Source of the DNA: Trichomonas gallinae
Lineage: Eukaryota
Assembly: GCA_008369845.1 (NCBI GenBank)
Contig: MRSU01006864.1
Coordinates: 58,412-78,411 of the forward strand
Direction of reading: 5' to 3'
DNA length: 20,000 nucleotides
This document shows positions 9,249 through 19,236 of this stretch, piece after piece. Below the pieces are notes generated by a model. It made no database searches and was not told the origin of the DNA. It saw only the letters and a list, made by a program, of their open reading frames with translations. Within the stretch, counting starts at the first letter, position 1; each line of letters begins with the position of its first letter. The position numbers and the translations under genes were made by a program.

Positions 9249-10088
9249 TTAAATGAAAAAAACTGGCTCAAAATGAAATTCTTGTGGGCAGGAACTACCA
9301 TTCATTCTGTCTAAATTAAATGAATAACCACTATAGCCTAATGTTAGATATGTATATGAATTACTTTCAAATAAGCAGCAATTAATCACTGTAATATCTC
9401 CGCCATATTGCGCATAAAACAAAACTTTTGCTGTATTGTTTAAAATATTACAGTTCTCTACGAAAAAATTGGCACCTTCTGAAGTTATCAAATATCCTAC
9501 AGAATTTCGAATGTAGTTGCATTTGATGGTCTTCAAACCAGAATCAAAACGACTAAAAGCATATGAATGGTAATCTGCTGTTTGATTATATAAATTTGAT
9601 AATTGAACGAATGATTTTGAGCTTGATTTAAAATATATAACACCTGTATTTTTTCCTTTGCAATCTGAAATATTTGTGTCTGATATCTTTTGACATACGG
9701 ATTCAAAATGGGAAGTATAAGTTCCTTTCTTTTCAGTACTGCATGAAAATAAACTCGAATTATTTAATGAACTTTTGGGATTTTTAGTGACTGTATATGA
9801 AAAATGACCAAGGCTATCATTACAACTGCAATAAATTCCATTGACTCGAGAGAAAACAATTTCTCCGGTATCACCAAAATAAACAGCGCCGCCATAGTCA
9901 TTACTTGTATCATAAGAAAATGAGCAGCATTCAATAAAAAGTCTGCTGTTTGTGTCTGTTGTATTAAAATAAATAGCACGCGACGAGAAGTTGCATAAAA
10001 TTGAATCTGAGACATTATATTGTCCTTCTATGTAAGTACTTGGCTCATTCTTCCTTTCACAATCTGATATTTCGTTTATTTCTGGCAT
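9249..10088 (-). CDS. Cys/Ser/Asn-rich hypothetical protein, probable beta-helix (Pmp/pectin-lyase-like) fold
   Basis: 279-aa ORF with GGAVYF and repeated hydrophobic-x-x-C-x-F/N-x-x-N patterns (FIECCSF, VENCNILNN, INCCLFESN). TCATA lies just upstream of the ATG. The fold assignment is inference. Confidence 0.7.
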   Translation of the reverse strand: MPEINEISDCERKNEPSTYIEGQYNVSDSILCNFSSRAIYFNTTDTNSRLFIECCSFSYDTSNDYGGAVYFGDTGEIVFSRVNGIYCSCNDSLGHFSYTVTKNPKSSLNNSSLFSCSTEKKGTYTSHFESVCQKISDTNISDCKGKNTGVIYFKSSSKSFVQLSNLYNQTADYHSYAFSRFDSGLKTIKCNYIRNSVGYLITSEGANFFVENCNILNNTAKVLFYAQYGGDITVINCCLFESNSYTYLTLGYSGYSFNLDRMNGSSCPQEFHFEPVFFI

Positions 10089-10853
10089 AATATGAAGTTT
10101 GAAGCATTATTTTGGTTTTCTGTGAAAGTTTCTGGCTCTTTCTTGATTTTTCAATCTGATATATTTCATTTATGGGATAATGATTTTCATGACTAATTCT
10201 TTCCAAGGATTCGCTTTTATGGAGAAAAAGATTTAACACTGCATTTGCATGGGAAACTTGTAAAACATGTTGTAGTTCGGTCTAAATGTATTTTTAGCGT
10301 AAAGCTAGAATATTCATTTTATCTGGTCCATATAGAAGTTATTAAAGATTTCAAAAAAATATTTGACACATTTTGCTGTTTGAACAATGCTAAAAACATA
10401 ATAAAATGTAATTACATATTGAAATGGTTGTTATTCCTTTCAGAGTGAATCCAAAATTGAATAAAACTGTCACAATTATTTTCAGAGGATAAACAAAAAA
10501 TAAAAATAAGATTTTGCTTTTTTGGTATTTTCCCATATATAATGCTTAACTTTAACATACATATTTCATTTAAAAAATATAGGGTATCCAAAGACAGAGT
10601 ACCATCTCCCAATAGGAAGATTAAATAAAAATTCTGTTCACATAGATGATATTTTGTTATAGGAGTATACATCCATTATTTTATTATCTAATATCCAAAA
10701 TTCAGTATGATAAGTTGAAATTAGTATTTCAGTGAAAATTTAATCAGAATTTTTTGATCTGGTCCTGCGCAGACCTACACTTAACACTTATGAGCCATTT
10801 TTTGATATGAACTTACCTAATGAAGTCCAGTAATTGACTTCATACCTAAAATC

Positions 10854-10869
10854 AAAAAAAAAAAAAAAA
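10854..10869. repeat. Poly(A) homopolymer, 16 nt
   Basis: Directly visible. Confidence 0.9.
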
Positions 10870-11118
10870 TCGATTGCTTAAGAATTATCAATGAATTTTT
10901 TCAAGAAAAACCGAGATTTTAGAAACATCTGTGCAAACCTTCACCCTATGTTTAGAATTTGCTCTATGTAGACCAATCTAAGTTTACTCACGAGGCAACA
11001 TCATGGAGTAAAGAAAACGACTTTTCGACTGTCCCATTTGAAATTGGCTGATGACTCATATGTTTTTTCACATTTTTTAGTGTAGCAACCTTGTTTAGCC
11101 AAACTTCCGTGAGAACCG

Positions 11119-11341
11119 TCTGAGGATTCTGGTTAGTTCTTAATGCAAACAGCACTTGGTATTGAAGAAGATTGTAATTGTTCCAGGAGCCTGTTACCTC
11201 TTTTCATCGTGAAAGAGCAGTCTCAACATGAAATAATTCGTCCGAATTTCTTAATTTTCGCTGAAAAGTTCTGGAATGATGTTTTTTTATTTTTTTTTTT
11301 TTTTTTTTTTTTTTTTTGATGCTTATGACTTTTTGAACAAA
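11119..11341 (-). pseudogene. Collapsed remnant of a duplicate of the importin-like gene at 5605-8598
   Basis: 11234-11268 matches 8359-8394 at 34 of 36 positions, and the match continues to 11341 versus 8442 across a poly(T) expansion. Further collinear short matches: 11119-11134 to 7731-7746, 11161-11176 to 7804-7821, 11188-11195 to 8175-8182 and 11210-11220 to 8205-8216. Confidence 0.8.
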
Positions 11342-11696
11342 TGTGAACAGTGTAAAACTAGAATTTTTATTCTTTCTGTCTTATATAGAAGTCATGAAAG
11401 ATGTTATAACTAGATAAAAAATGAATGATATAATAATCTGACACTGATTTTTGACAATGTAAAGTAATAAAGTCAGATGCAAGTTTCATTTTAAAAATAC
11501 TACCAAAAATGCAAATATAGCAGGTTAAATAAATTGTGATTCAGAAACGAGGTTCGATTGACAAGATTCTATCGAATTTAGTTAATTATTAAAATTGATG
11601 TTATAATTATTGGTTAATATATTAGCTATAATATATGCTTGAATGGTTTTGAAGTTTGAAATTCGAAATTTAGAATTTCATATATAAACAACAATT

Positions 11697-12365
11697 TTAA
11701 ATTATACGAAGGAACCATAATTCACGTTTTTGTTCTGTTACATCTGCAAGAGTTTTCTCTGGGTCTTTTTCGTTTCCTAAGCGGTCGATTAAAACAAAAC
11801 TTCCAAGTTTTACTTGATCTTTGATAACAGAATCATTAGAAGCAGCCCATATATAAACCAGCTCTGTTTTTTCTTCGCGCGCGAAATTTCTTGTAATCCT
11901 TACACCATTGTGTAAAATAACGGCAATACGCACGCCACCATTTGGTTGTTTTGGTAGGTTGCTGGATAGTAAGTGAATTGTATCTGAATAACGCTTATCT
12001 TCATTGATCGCTAAAGATTTAACCAATTTCTGTCTATTTTTCGAAAATTGTTGTGGTGATCGCATATTTCTTTCTTCCATGATTTCGTTATCACTTTTAA
12101 CTTTCATTATTTCGCGATTGATAAATACTTCAGGTGGAATATTTGGATAAACTTGCGAAGTCAAACCACCAGAAGACTGATATGCGGCAAGTGTTGCAGA
12201 TTTTGTATCGCATTTCTGCTTTATCTCTTCGAAAGATTTACCATAACTTTCTCCAAACACGACAACCATATTTTTAAACTCTTCGTTGCTCATACTGTTG
12301 ATTTCTGATTCTGGAATGCCTCCATTCTTTAAAATAGTCACAAGTTGTGGTGTTTTAATAGTCAT
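11697..12365 (-). CDS. UBX-like (ubiquitin-like fold) domain protein
   Basis: C-terminal LPKQPNGGVRIAVILHNGVRITRNFAREEKTELVYIW...KTLADV resembles the UBX consensus (I-x-x-x-L-P-x-G-x-R-x-x-R-x-F). The first in-frame ATG is at 12365; the ORF-track start at 12392 is TTG. Confidence 0.75.
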   Translation of the reverse strand: MTIKTPQLVTILKNGGIPESEINSMSNEEFKNMVVVFGESYGKSFEEIKQKCDTKSATLAAYQSSGGLTSQVYPNIPPEVFINREIMKVKSDNEIMEERNMRSPQQFSKNRQKLVKSLAINEDKRYSDTIHLLSSNLPKQPNGGVRIAVILHNGVRITRNFAREEKTELVYIWAASNDSVIKDQVKLGSFVLIDRLGNEKDPEKTLADVTEQKRELWFLRII

Positions 12366-14119
12366 AATTGGATTATTATATTTTGCCTTCAAATTAATTT
12401 GACATGTAAAATAACTTTATTGTCAATATGACTAACAACATATTGATCTTGATTAAATAATTATATGCTTTCTTTTACTAATTGAAATTTTGTTAAATTG
12501 GCTTGAAATGAAGACATTTTATATCTCAAAAATCTTCAAAATGCTTTTTCATTGCTTTCTCTGATGATATGTTTATATATACTATGTATTATATACTTTT
12601 GCATCTTTAAGAACCTGTAAAAACGAATAAATTTCAAGAATCATGCGATGTCTAATGTTAAACTGTTAATAATCCAATACAAACCACGAAACAATGGAGA
12701 TCATGATTAGTAATCAATATATATAGTAGAATAAATACTAAACATTATTATGGTCCTCCAGGACAATTTTCAGATTCAACGAAAATCAACAATAATGGTG
12801 GTATATTGGATTAGAAATAGAGCGTATGTTGATCCTATAACGACGTTCGCCAAAGCCCATTAGAAATCCGAAATGAACAGATTATTCGTTAAAATATCAA
12901 AGATAATTTACTAAAAATAGAATATTCGTTGTTTACACATGTTTATAAACACGTTTAAGATAAAATTAAGATTAGTCCCATAAAAAATCGTTACCTGCCA
13001 ATCCTTCAAAACTGCGCCATCGGAAACATTTGGTCTACTCACTCCATAAAGCGTGTTTCTCTAATTATTTGTTTTTCATTTTGAGTACTGTTGTAGAAAA
13101 ATTAACGCTGGGGTTTCTTTCAAATTGCGAAATAAAATTTCGAACGATAGAGCTGTTACTCTTGATATGTCTCTATAGAGGGATAATGGAGAGATTTTCC
13201 ATAAGTGTCAAACTTTTGATAAAAAGCAATTTATGGATAAATATTGAACTTTCAACATTTAAAAAAGGTGTGGATGGAATGGCAAGATGGGAATCAATTA
13301 TTCATATGATATGCCATATTGAGGAACAAAAATTCTATCAAAAATCAATGAAAATCACCAAAAAAATATCAAATTCGCGAAAAACTGCAAAATGAAGCGA
13401 CAAATACGTATGAAATGATAAGGAAATCATTATAGAATATCAAATTCGACATCATTTGCGCTATTAAAAAAAAATCTTCAATGTCAATTGAACTCCTAAA
13501 AACGACGAGAATGAATCATATATCACAGCGAGAATTGATTTTATTATTACTCGACGTGAAAAATATTTTTTTTGACATTGTTGGGTCAAGCAATGAATTT
13601 TTAATATAATCTAATTATCCGTATATAGGTCTATCATTATGCAATTAATATTGAATTTAAATTCAATATTTTAATGAAAATTTTCCATTTTGAATAATAT
13701 TTTTGAATTGATCAAAATAATAATATCTGAATAAACTTACATTAGCTATATATGCTATTAATAATTAGCTTATGCAGATTATGGTTTTAAATTGTGATTT
13801 TTTCTATGACTATGCTGTAATTCTAATTAAATATCACATTAGAATATGTTATCATGATCCAACAACGTTGAATTCAAAACCATAAGAATATTTACTTCAT
13901 GATTGGTTTATTTTAATGAGAATCATGAGATATGCAATATATGAGGGACAATCTTTCAATTTGTATTATTTTATATATAAAATAATGAAACAAAACATAA
14001 CTGAAATTCATCTCAAATAAGTAATCAAATAAATTGACAAAATTTAATTAATTTCTTAGGAAAACATAAACTTGTTCTCAAAAAATATTGAAAGAGTTCT
14101 CAATTACAAATCACCCGCC

Positions 14120-14124
14120 TCATA
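14120..14124 (+). promoter_or_regulatory. Initiator-like element TCATA
   Basis: About 9 nt upstream of the ATG at 14133, supporting that start. Confidence 0.55.
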
Positions 14125-14132
14125 TAGTGTTA

Positions 14133-14687
14133 ATGAATTCAGATAGCGATTCGCCAGCAGCTAACCACAAAACCCCGAGGCAGAAGTTTACACCGGATGA
14201 AGATGCTAGATTGATTGAACTGGTAAATATCCATGGAAATCACAGCTGGAAGAAGATAGCAGCCATAATGAAAACCAGGAGTACGCGCCAATGCCGCGAA
14301 AGGTACATCAATTATTTATCCCCCAATTTGACTAACGGGCCATGGTCAGCACAGGAAGATAAATTCTTAATAGAGAAGGTAAAAGAAATGGGTCCTAGAT
14401 GGTCCAAGATAGTCAGATTCTTTCCTACTAGGTCTGATGTGAACATTAAGAATCGTTACGCACTCTTTGCTTCTAAAGGCAAAGCGCCGCCGTTGAAATC
14501 TAGACCAAGAGAAGCTCAAAAGCAAAAATCGGAAAACAAAAAGACATCAGTGCCCAAGGTTATCTCTGTTGAAGATATATTTAAGGATGTAACTAGTGAA
14601 ATGGAATCATTATGGGATCAAAAAATTTCAAATGGCGAATCTCTCCTTTCCGGCTGGGAAGAAAGCTTGGACTATCATGTTTTATAA
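14133..14687 (+). CDS. R2R3 Myb-like DNA-binding protein
   Basis: Two Myb repeats: KFTPDEDARL..W..IA..M..RSTRQCRERYINYLSP and GPWSAQEDKFL...GPRWSKI...RSDVNIKNRY. The first ATG is at 14133 (the track start at 14088 is TTG). The stop overlaps TAAA. Confidence 0.95.
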   Translation: MNSDSDSPAANHKTPRQKFTPDEDARLIELVNIHGNHSWKKIAAIMKTRSTRQCRERYINYLSPNLTNGPWSAQEDKFLIEKVKEMGPRWSKIVRFFPTRSDVNIKNRYALFASKGKAPPLKSRPREAQKQKSENKKTSVPKVISVEDIFKDVTSEMESLWDQKISNGESLLSGWEESLDYHVL

Positions 14688-15649
14688 ATTTTTTCATGCT
14701 TTTTTTTATTGCTATTTTTATGAACAAAAAAATTACCCTTTTACTATTCAAAAAATTCCCTTCGTCTCAATAATTTGATATGCTCTCAAATGATTTTTAT
14801 TTTAATAGAAAAATATTAATATATACACTGTAATAAAGATAATATAAGCCAGTTATGTGAAGTATTCAAATGTTTTGAATTCAAAAATTAAATCCAATTA
14901 TTTTGCTATATTTTATTGTAACATATTGTCATATTGTGTTCTCGTCTGTCAAAAATAAATTTACTTTTTCCATAAAAATATCTGTTATCATACAACAATA
15001 CTGTGACAATGGACTTGCATAAATGCATTTCAAACATTTCTTTACCTTTTCAATTTTTGATTGAATATTTTCCGTCATTGATCGGAACCATCTTTCATTC
15101 TATTTCGCTATTTTTGTATTCAATATTTTTGTCGTAAACGTCAACGTAATCCCGTGAGATGAACGATTTTAAACACCAGGCTAGCGTTAATATTGTCATA
15201 GGGTTATGTCTTCTGGAATATCCAGGAGATCAGAAAATAAATGAATTCATTCATGAAAAGATAATGATGCTGAATAGTATTGATAGTATCCTTAAGTGTT
15301 TATATGTCAAAAAATGGAATGAGATAAGTTTTACGTCAATTCGCTTCATTGATTGCCATTTGATAAGAAAGAGTTTGCTATTTCTAGGTTTGAATATTAT
15401 AAAACTGATTGATAAATTTGATCAAAACATATTTTTTGAGAGATCATAACCAAATGATAGAATTTTTTATCTTCAATAATGTCGCCAAATTCGGTTACGC
15501 ATTTAACTAGAATAATGCAGTCCTTTAGATTGGGAATAAGTATAATGTGCTTTTAAATCATGATATTGTAAAATTAAATCATATTTTATAGGAATATTTT
15601 TCAATTCAATTATGGTTTGTTCATTAAGTATGGATTATAATAAGGCAAA

Positions 15650-16400
15650 GTTACTCTATAGATGACTGTTTAATTAATCTATATATCTACTTTGCAAAAT
15701 ACTGCTATTTAATGTTATTTCAACCATATGAATATATAATTTATGTCATTGCATAGCATTAGGAATAAACTTTGCATAGTCAGCACAATTTATATAATAT
15801 CAAACCTGATTGACACTGAGTAACAGCTATTCCAGGAAAAAACTATTGAAATTGGGAGTAATAATGCAGTTGATTCAGCATTTTGCTTATATTGGGCATA
15901 TGAATTGATCTATCAAGATATAATACCTTGTTTTTAATATAAGATAAAAAATCAATAATCTAATAATTTTTATAATATTCAACTATACATATAGATACTG
16001 TTTGGACTGTATTGAATGTGTTGATATTGAAAGTTGTTCAAGTGCAGTTTTTGGATTTCACGATTCAAGAAACTTATGGAAAATGTAGAACTCCCGAAGC
16101 ATTAGATTAATCACTGAGTTCTTATTGATTATATAAGAGAAAATCTATGTTTACACATTCGCAAAAGAATTCTTGAGAATTGGAAAGTGAAAAAGAAGTT
16201 TTAAATCGATATTATGTTATATCATTAATAGTATTGAATTTTGGTTGCTCAGTCGGAGGCCACTATACATCTTTTTAAAGTGGAAAAATGAGGATTATTT
16301 TGTGAATATTAAGGTTATTCCCGATTCAACATTATTAATCCTGATATGACTGTAGTTTATATTACAAGATACAAATTTTCATTGAAGAAACATTTATGTA
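15650..16400 (+). pseudogene. Possible decayed gene of a Cys/Asn-rich surface-protein-like family
   Basis: Short protein-like frames interrupted by stops, e.g. TIEIGSNNAVDSAFCLYWAYELIYQDI (from 15842) and RYCLDCIECVDIESCSSAVFGFHDSRN (about 15993-16073). The evidence is compositional only and the boundaries are uncertain. Confidence 0.3.
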
Positions 16401-16726
16401 AACATCAGAAAAATGTAATCATGATCATTCTATTCGTTTTACTATGTATATATAATCGATCAGTTTTGGTCAAAATATAAAAATCTCCAGAAAAACTGAA
16501 AAATTTGACAAAAACTTTATCGTCGACGATTATTTTGGGTTCAAATTCCAAAGGAATATAAAATGTAAATAATCATAACCAATAAATATAAAAATTTAAA
16601 GCATTTTGGTTGATGCCTTCACGCCCGTATTATCTCTGAAAAATTTAAATTTGACATTAAAAACTGACAGTTCTAACAAAAAGTCGGAGTTCTCAAAAAT
16701 TTGGTGAGAAAATTGACAATATATAT

Positions 16727-17686
16727 ATGCCGAAGTTTTCTTGGTTTATTAAAACAAAATATTCATCACTTAACATCAAACTTGAATCTTCACTGAATTC
16801 CATCTCTTCTGGTTTAACAAGTGAAAACAAGAATGAACTTTTGCAGATTTTATCACAGTACAATTATTTATTTAACGAAATTACGAACAAAGATAAGGAA
16901 TTCATGCGTCAGATCATCAAGAAACTTAGTTCTGGTAACCTAATCCATAAAATTGTTTCTTTAATCCAATTTTTCAATCAAAAAGAAATTAATACTGTGT
17001 CTACTTTCCTTTTAAGCATGTCAAGAGAATCTACAAATGATGTACTTGCTCGCTACTTAATGGAGCACCCGAATACCTTCCAAATTCTCAAATCATTTAT
17101 GATTAAAACAAATCTTTGCTCAGCATCAAACATTCTCATCAGAGAGTGCATGAAACAGGAAAAATTCGCAAAGTTGTTATTTAAAACTTCATTCTATTTG
17201 AAATTATTCGAATTATCAATCAATAAGGATTTTGAAATTGCTGTTTCAGCAATCAAAACATTCCAAGAGCTGTTTGCAACATACCCGGATCTTTCATCCT
17301 CATCAGTTGCAGAAAATTATGCTACATTTTCTGCCTATTTATTAACGATTCTCTCAAAAGGCAGTTTCATTGTTCGCGCTACAATGCTTCCATTCTTAGT
17401 TAAGTACCTTATTGACCCAAAGTGCGCAAATCTTCTCGAAAAAATAATGGCTGATCAACTCTTTTTGATTCAGGTTTTAAAGCTCATGAGTCACAAATCT
17501 CGTAAGATTTACATTCCAGCCTATAGCTTGTTCAAGGTGATTATGTTCAAACAATCAACTCCTGGAGCTTATAAAAAGATTTTACAGCCAAATAAGGAAC
17601 ATATCCTTAGAAACCTCATGAAAATTGATATATCAGATGACGATGATTTGAGAATTGAACATCATCGCTTAATTTTGCGCCTTTAG
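16727..17686 (+). CDS. MO25/CAB39-like scaffold protein
   Basis: FEIAVSAIKTFQELF, ENYATF, SFIVRATMLPFL..YLID, LMSHKSRKIYIPAYSLFKV and terminal DDDDLRIEHHRLI are collinear with MO25 motifs (FDIASDAFATFKDLL, NYVTKRQSLKLL, LLRDKSRNIQFEAFHVFKV, EDEQFNDEK). Confidence 0.85.
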   Translation: MPKFSWFIKTKYSSLNIKLESSLNSISSGLTSENKNELLQILSQYNYLFNEITNKDKEFMRQIIKKLSSGNLIHKIVSLIQFFNQKEINTVSTFLLSMSRESTNDVLARYLMEHPNTFQILKSFMIKTNLCSASNILIRECMKQEKFAKLLFKTSFYLKLFELSINKDFEIAVSAIKTFQELFATYPDLSSSSVAENYATFSAYLLTILSKGSFIVRATMLPFLVKYLIDPKCANLLEKIMADQLFLIQVLKLMSHKSRKIYIPAYSLFKVIMFKQSTPGAYKKILQPNKEHILRNLMKIDISDDDDLRIEHHRLILRL

Positions 17687-18108
17687 ACTAAATTATTTTG
17701 TTTGTATGTTTTTTTAATCAACTAATTTATTACTTGTTTTTTCTATTCAAATAACACAACGAAATGTTATAACAAAGCAATGAATTTTCTGCTTTTTTAT
17801 CAAAATTTTAAAAAAATATCGAGAAATGAATAAAATAAAGCAATAGATATCAAAGAAAATGAATAATATCCCAACAAAATTATGATATATAACATTTAAA
17901 AGCTGCATTTCAGTTAATATTAAATTGATGATATAAAAAATGCTTGAGAATGAAAAATGCATTAAATGGAATGCAGTTATCGATATCAATATCAATATTC
18001 ATTAATACAATATTATATCAAGTCAAAATTAAAAAAAAAATGATATTTCTAGAAATATCAATGCTATTAATACGATAAATAAGCATTTTTAAGTATAAAA
18101 AGAGTAAC

Positions 18109-19236
18109 TTACAAAGATAACCAATTCTTGATCCAAACTTGATAATCAGTTGGAACTAAAGGCAGACTTGACTTCAAATCCTCTGAGAAGAGAGTGAATG
18201 TATATTTTGTTGAATCCTTTGCTGTCTGAACAACAAAGCCGAGAGAAATTAACTTTTCCCAAGCAAGATGTGCATTATCCTTATGAATCCTGTATAGGAA
18301 GTTGTGCATCTTGTATAGCTCATGGAGCTCGTGGCGGATTGCATCTATCGAATATTCTTGAATTTCCTTCACTTCGATCATATAAGCAGCCATGAAGAGG
18401 ATAATAAGCTCTGTTTGCGAAAGTGTTCCAAGGAACCTTTCGATGGATAAATTATCCATGAATTTCTTCACGATTGTTTGATGATCATCAGAAAGCACGA
18501 ATTTTTGGCCATATGTGATTGTTGTATGAAGGGTTGGCGATATCATGAATAACTGCTGAATTTGCTCAACATTGTCTGAATGGAGGAACTCATTTACGTA
18601 ATTATTCCATTGTTTTGCTGTTTTCTCTTTATCTTCAGCAAAAACTAATGTTTTAGATAGGAATTCTACAGCTGTATCAAGTGTTGGTGCTGGAACATCG
18701 ATATACTGTGGAGTAAGACGAGATCTAACACGTTTTTCGAGATTTGACAAAGGCTCAACAGATGAAGTATTAATGATTGAACAAATTGAAATTGTATTTG
18801 AGTGGATTGAATCGAAGATTGTATATAAGAAGAATTGACGCTTAATAATTTTTAATGAATCGAAGTGATCGAAAACAATGACTCCAGAACCTTTTTCTCT
18901 CAACACATCGAGAATTGATGCTGAAGCAAAGTTTCCTGTCTGTCTCATGAACTCTTTGCAAGCAGCTTTGTCTGTATCAAATATTCTGCAATCGATAACG
19001 ACACTCCAAATGTTTGTAGGAAGTGTTTCCTTTAATGCCTGGTCGACACAGTACGATTTTCCGCTGCCAGCAGGACCAGAAAGGAAAATTGAGGTTGAAT
19101 TGCCCGAAGAAACAAAGACTTCGAGCTTCTTTTTGATGTCATCGATTACAGGACGCATTCCACTGAGCTCACTTCCCTTTTTTAGGTTTTCGATCAATTC
19201 TCTCTTTTGGTCTAAACTAAGTTTTGGAGCCTCCAT
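18109..19236 (-). CDS. orc4: Origin recognition complex subunit 4-like AAA+ protein
   Basis: Walker A GPAGSGKS, Walker B region VIVFDHFD, KRQFFLYTIFD (ORC4 xQTLLYNLFD) and LEKRVRSRL (ORC4 LEKRVKSRF), plus a C-terminal winged-helix-like region. The likely start is the ATG at 19236 (MEAPK); the track start at 19341 is TTG within AT-rich sequence. Confidence 0.85.
   Translation of the reverse strand: MEAPKLSLDQKRELIENLKKGSELSGMRPVIDDIKKKLEVFVSSGNSTSIFLSGPAGSGKSYCVDQALKETLPTNIWSVVIDCRIFDTDKAACKEFMRQTGNFASASILDVLREKGSGVIVFDHFDSLKIIKRQFFLYTIFDSIHSNTISICSIINTSSVEPLSNLEKRVRSRLTPQYIDVPAPTLDTAVEFLSKTLVFAEDKEKTAKQWNNYVNEFLHSDNVEQIQQLFMISPTLHTTITYGQKFVLSDDHQTIVKKFMDNLSIERFLGTLSQTELIILFMAAYMIEVKEIQEYSIDAIRHELHELYKMHNFLYRIHKDNAHLAWEKLISLGFVVQTAKDSTKYTFTLFSEDLKSSLPLVPTDYQVWIKNWLSL

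Noticed and set aside
9168..9262. Possible frameshifted C-terminal extension of the 279-aa gene at a T7 run (VFSFKGPNRPIGK...)
   Set aside because: The existing stop overlaps TAAA like several other genes here, and there is no homolog evidence for the extension.
10854..10869. Poly(A) as the tail of a retrocopy of the importin gene
   Set aside because: Wrong strand: a minus-strand retrocopy tail would read as poly(T) on plus at this end.
12690..13560. 121-aa ORF at 13030-13395 and nearby mildly GC-rich patches as a gene or transposon
   Set aside because: TTG start, no recognisable domain, and no terminal inverted repeats or transposase motifs. It may be an unidentifiable remnant.
15159..15449. 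96-aa ATG-initiated ORF
   Set aside because: AT-rich with no recognisable motif or upstream Inr, so it cannot be supported as a gene.
17747..17995. 82-aa hydrophobic minus-strand ORF
   Set aside because: The F/I-rich translation is a by-product of A-rich intergenic sequence, and the start is non-ATG.
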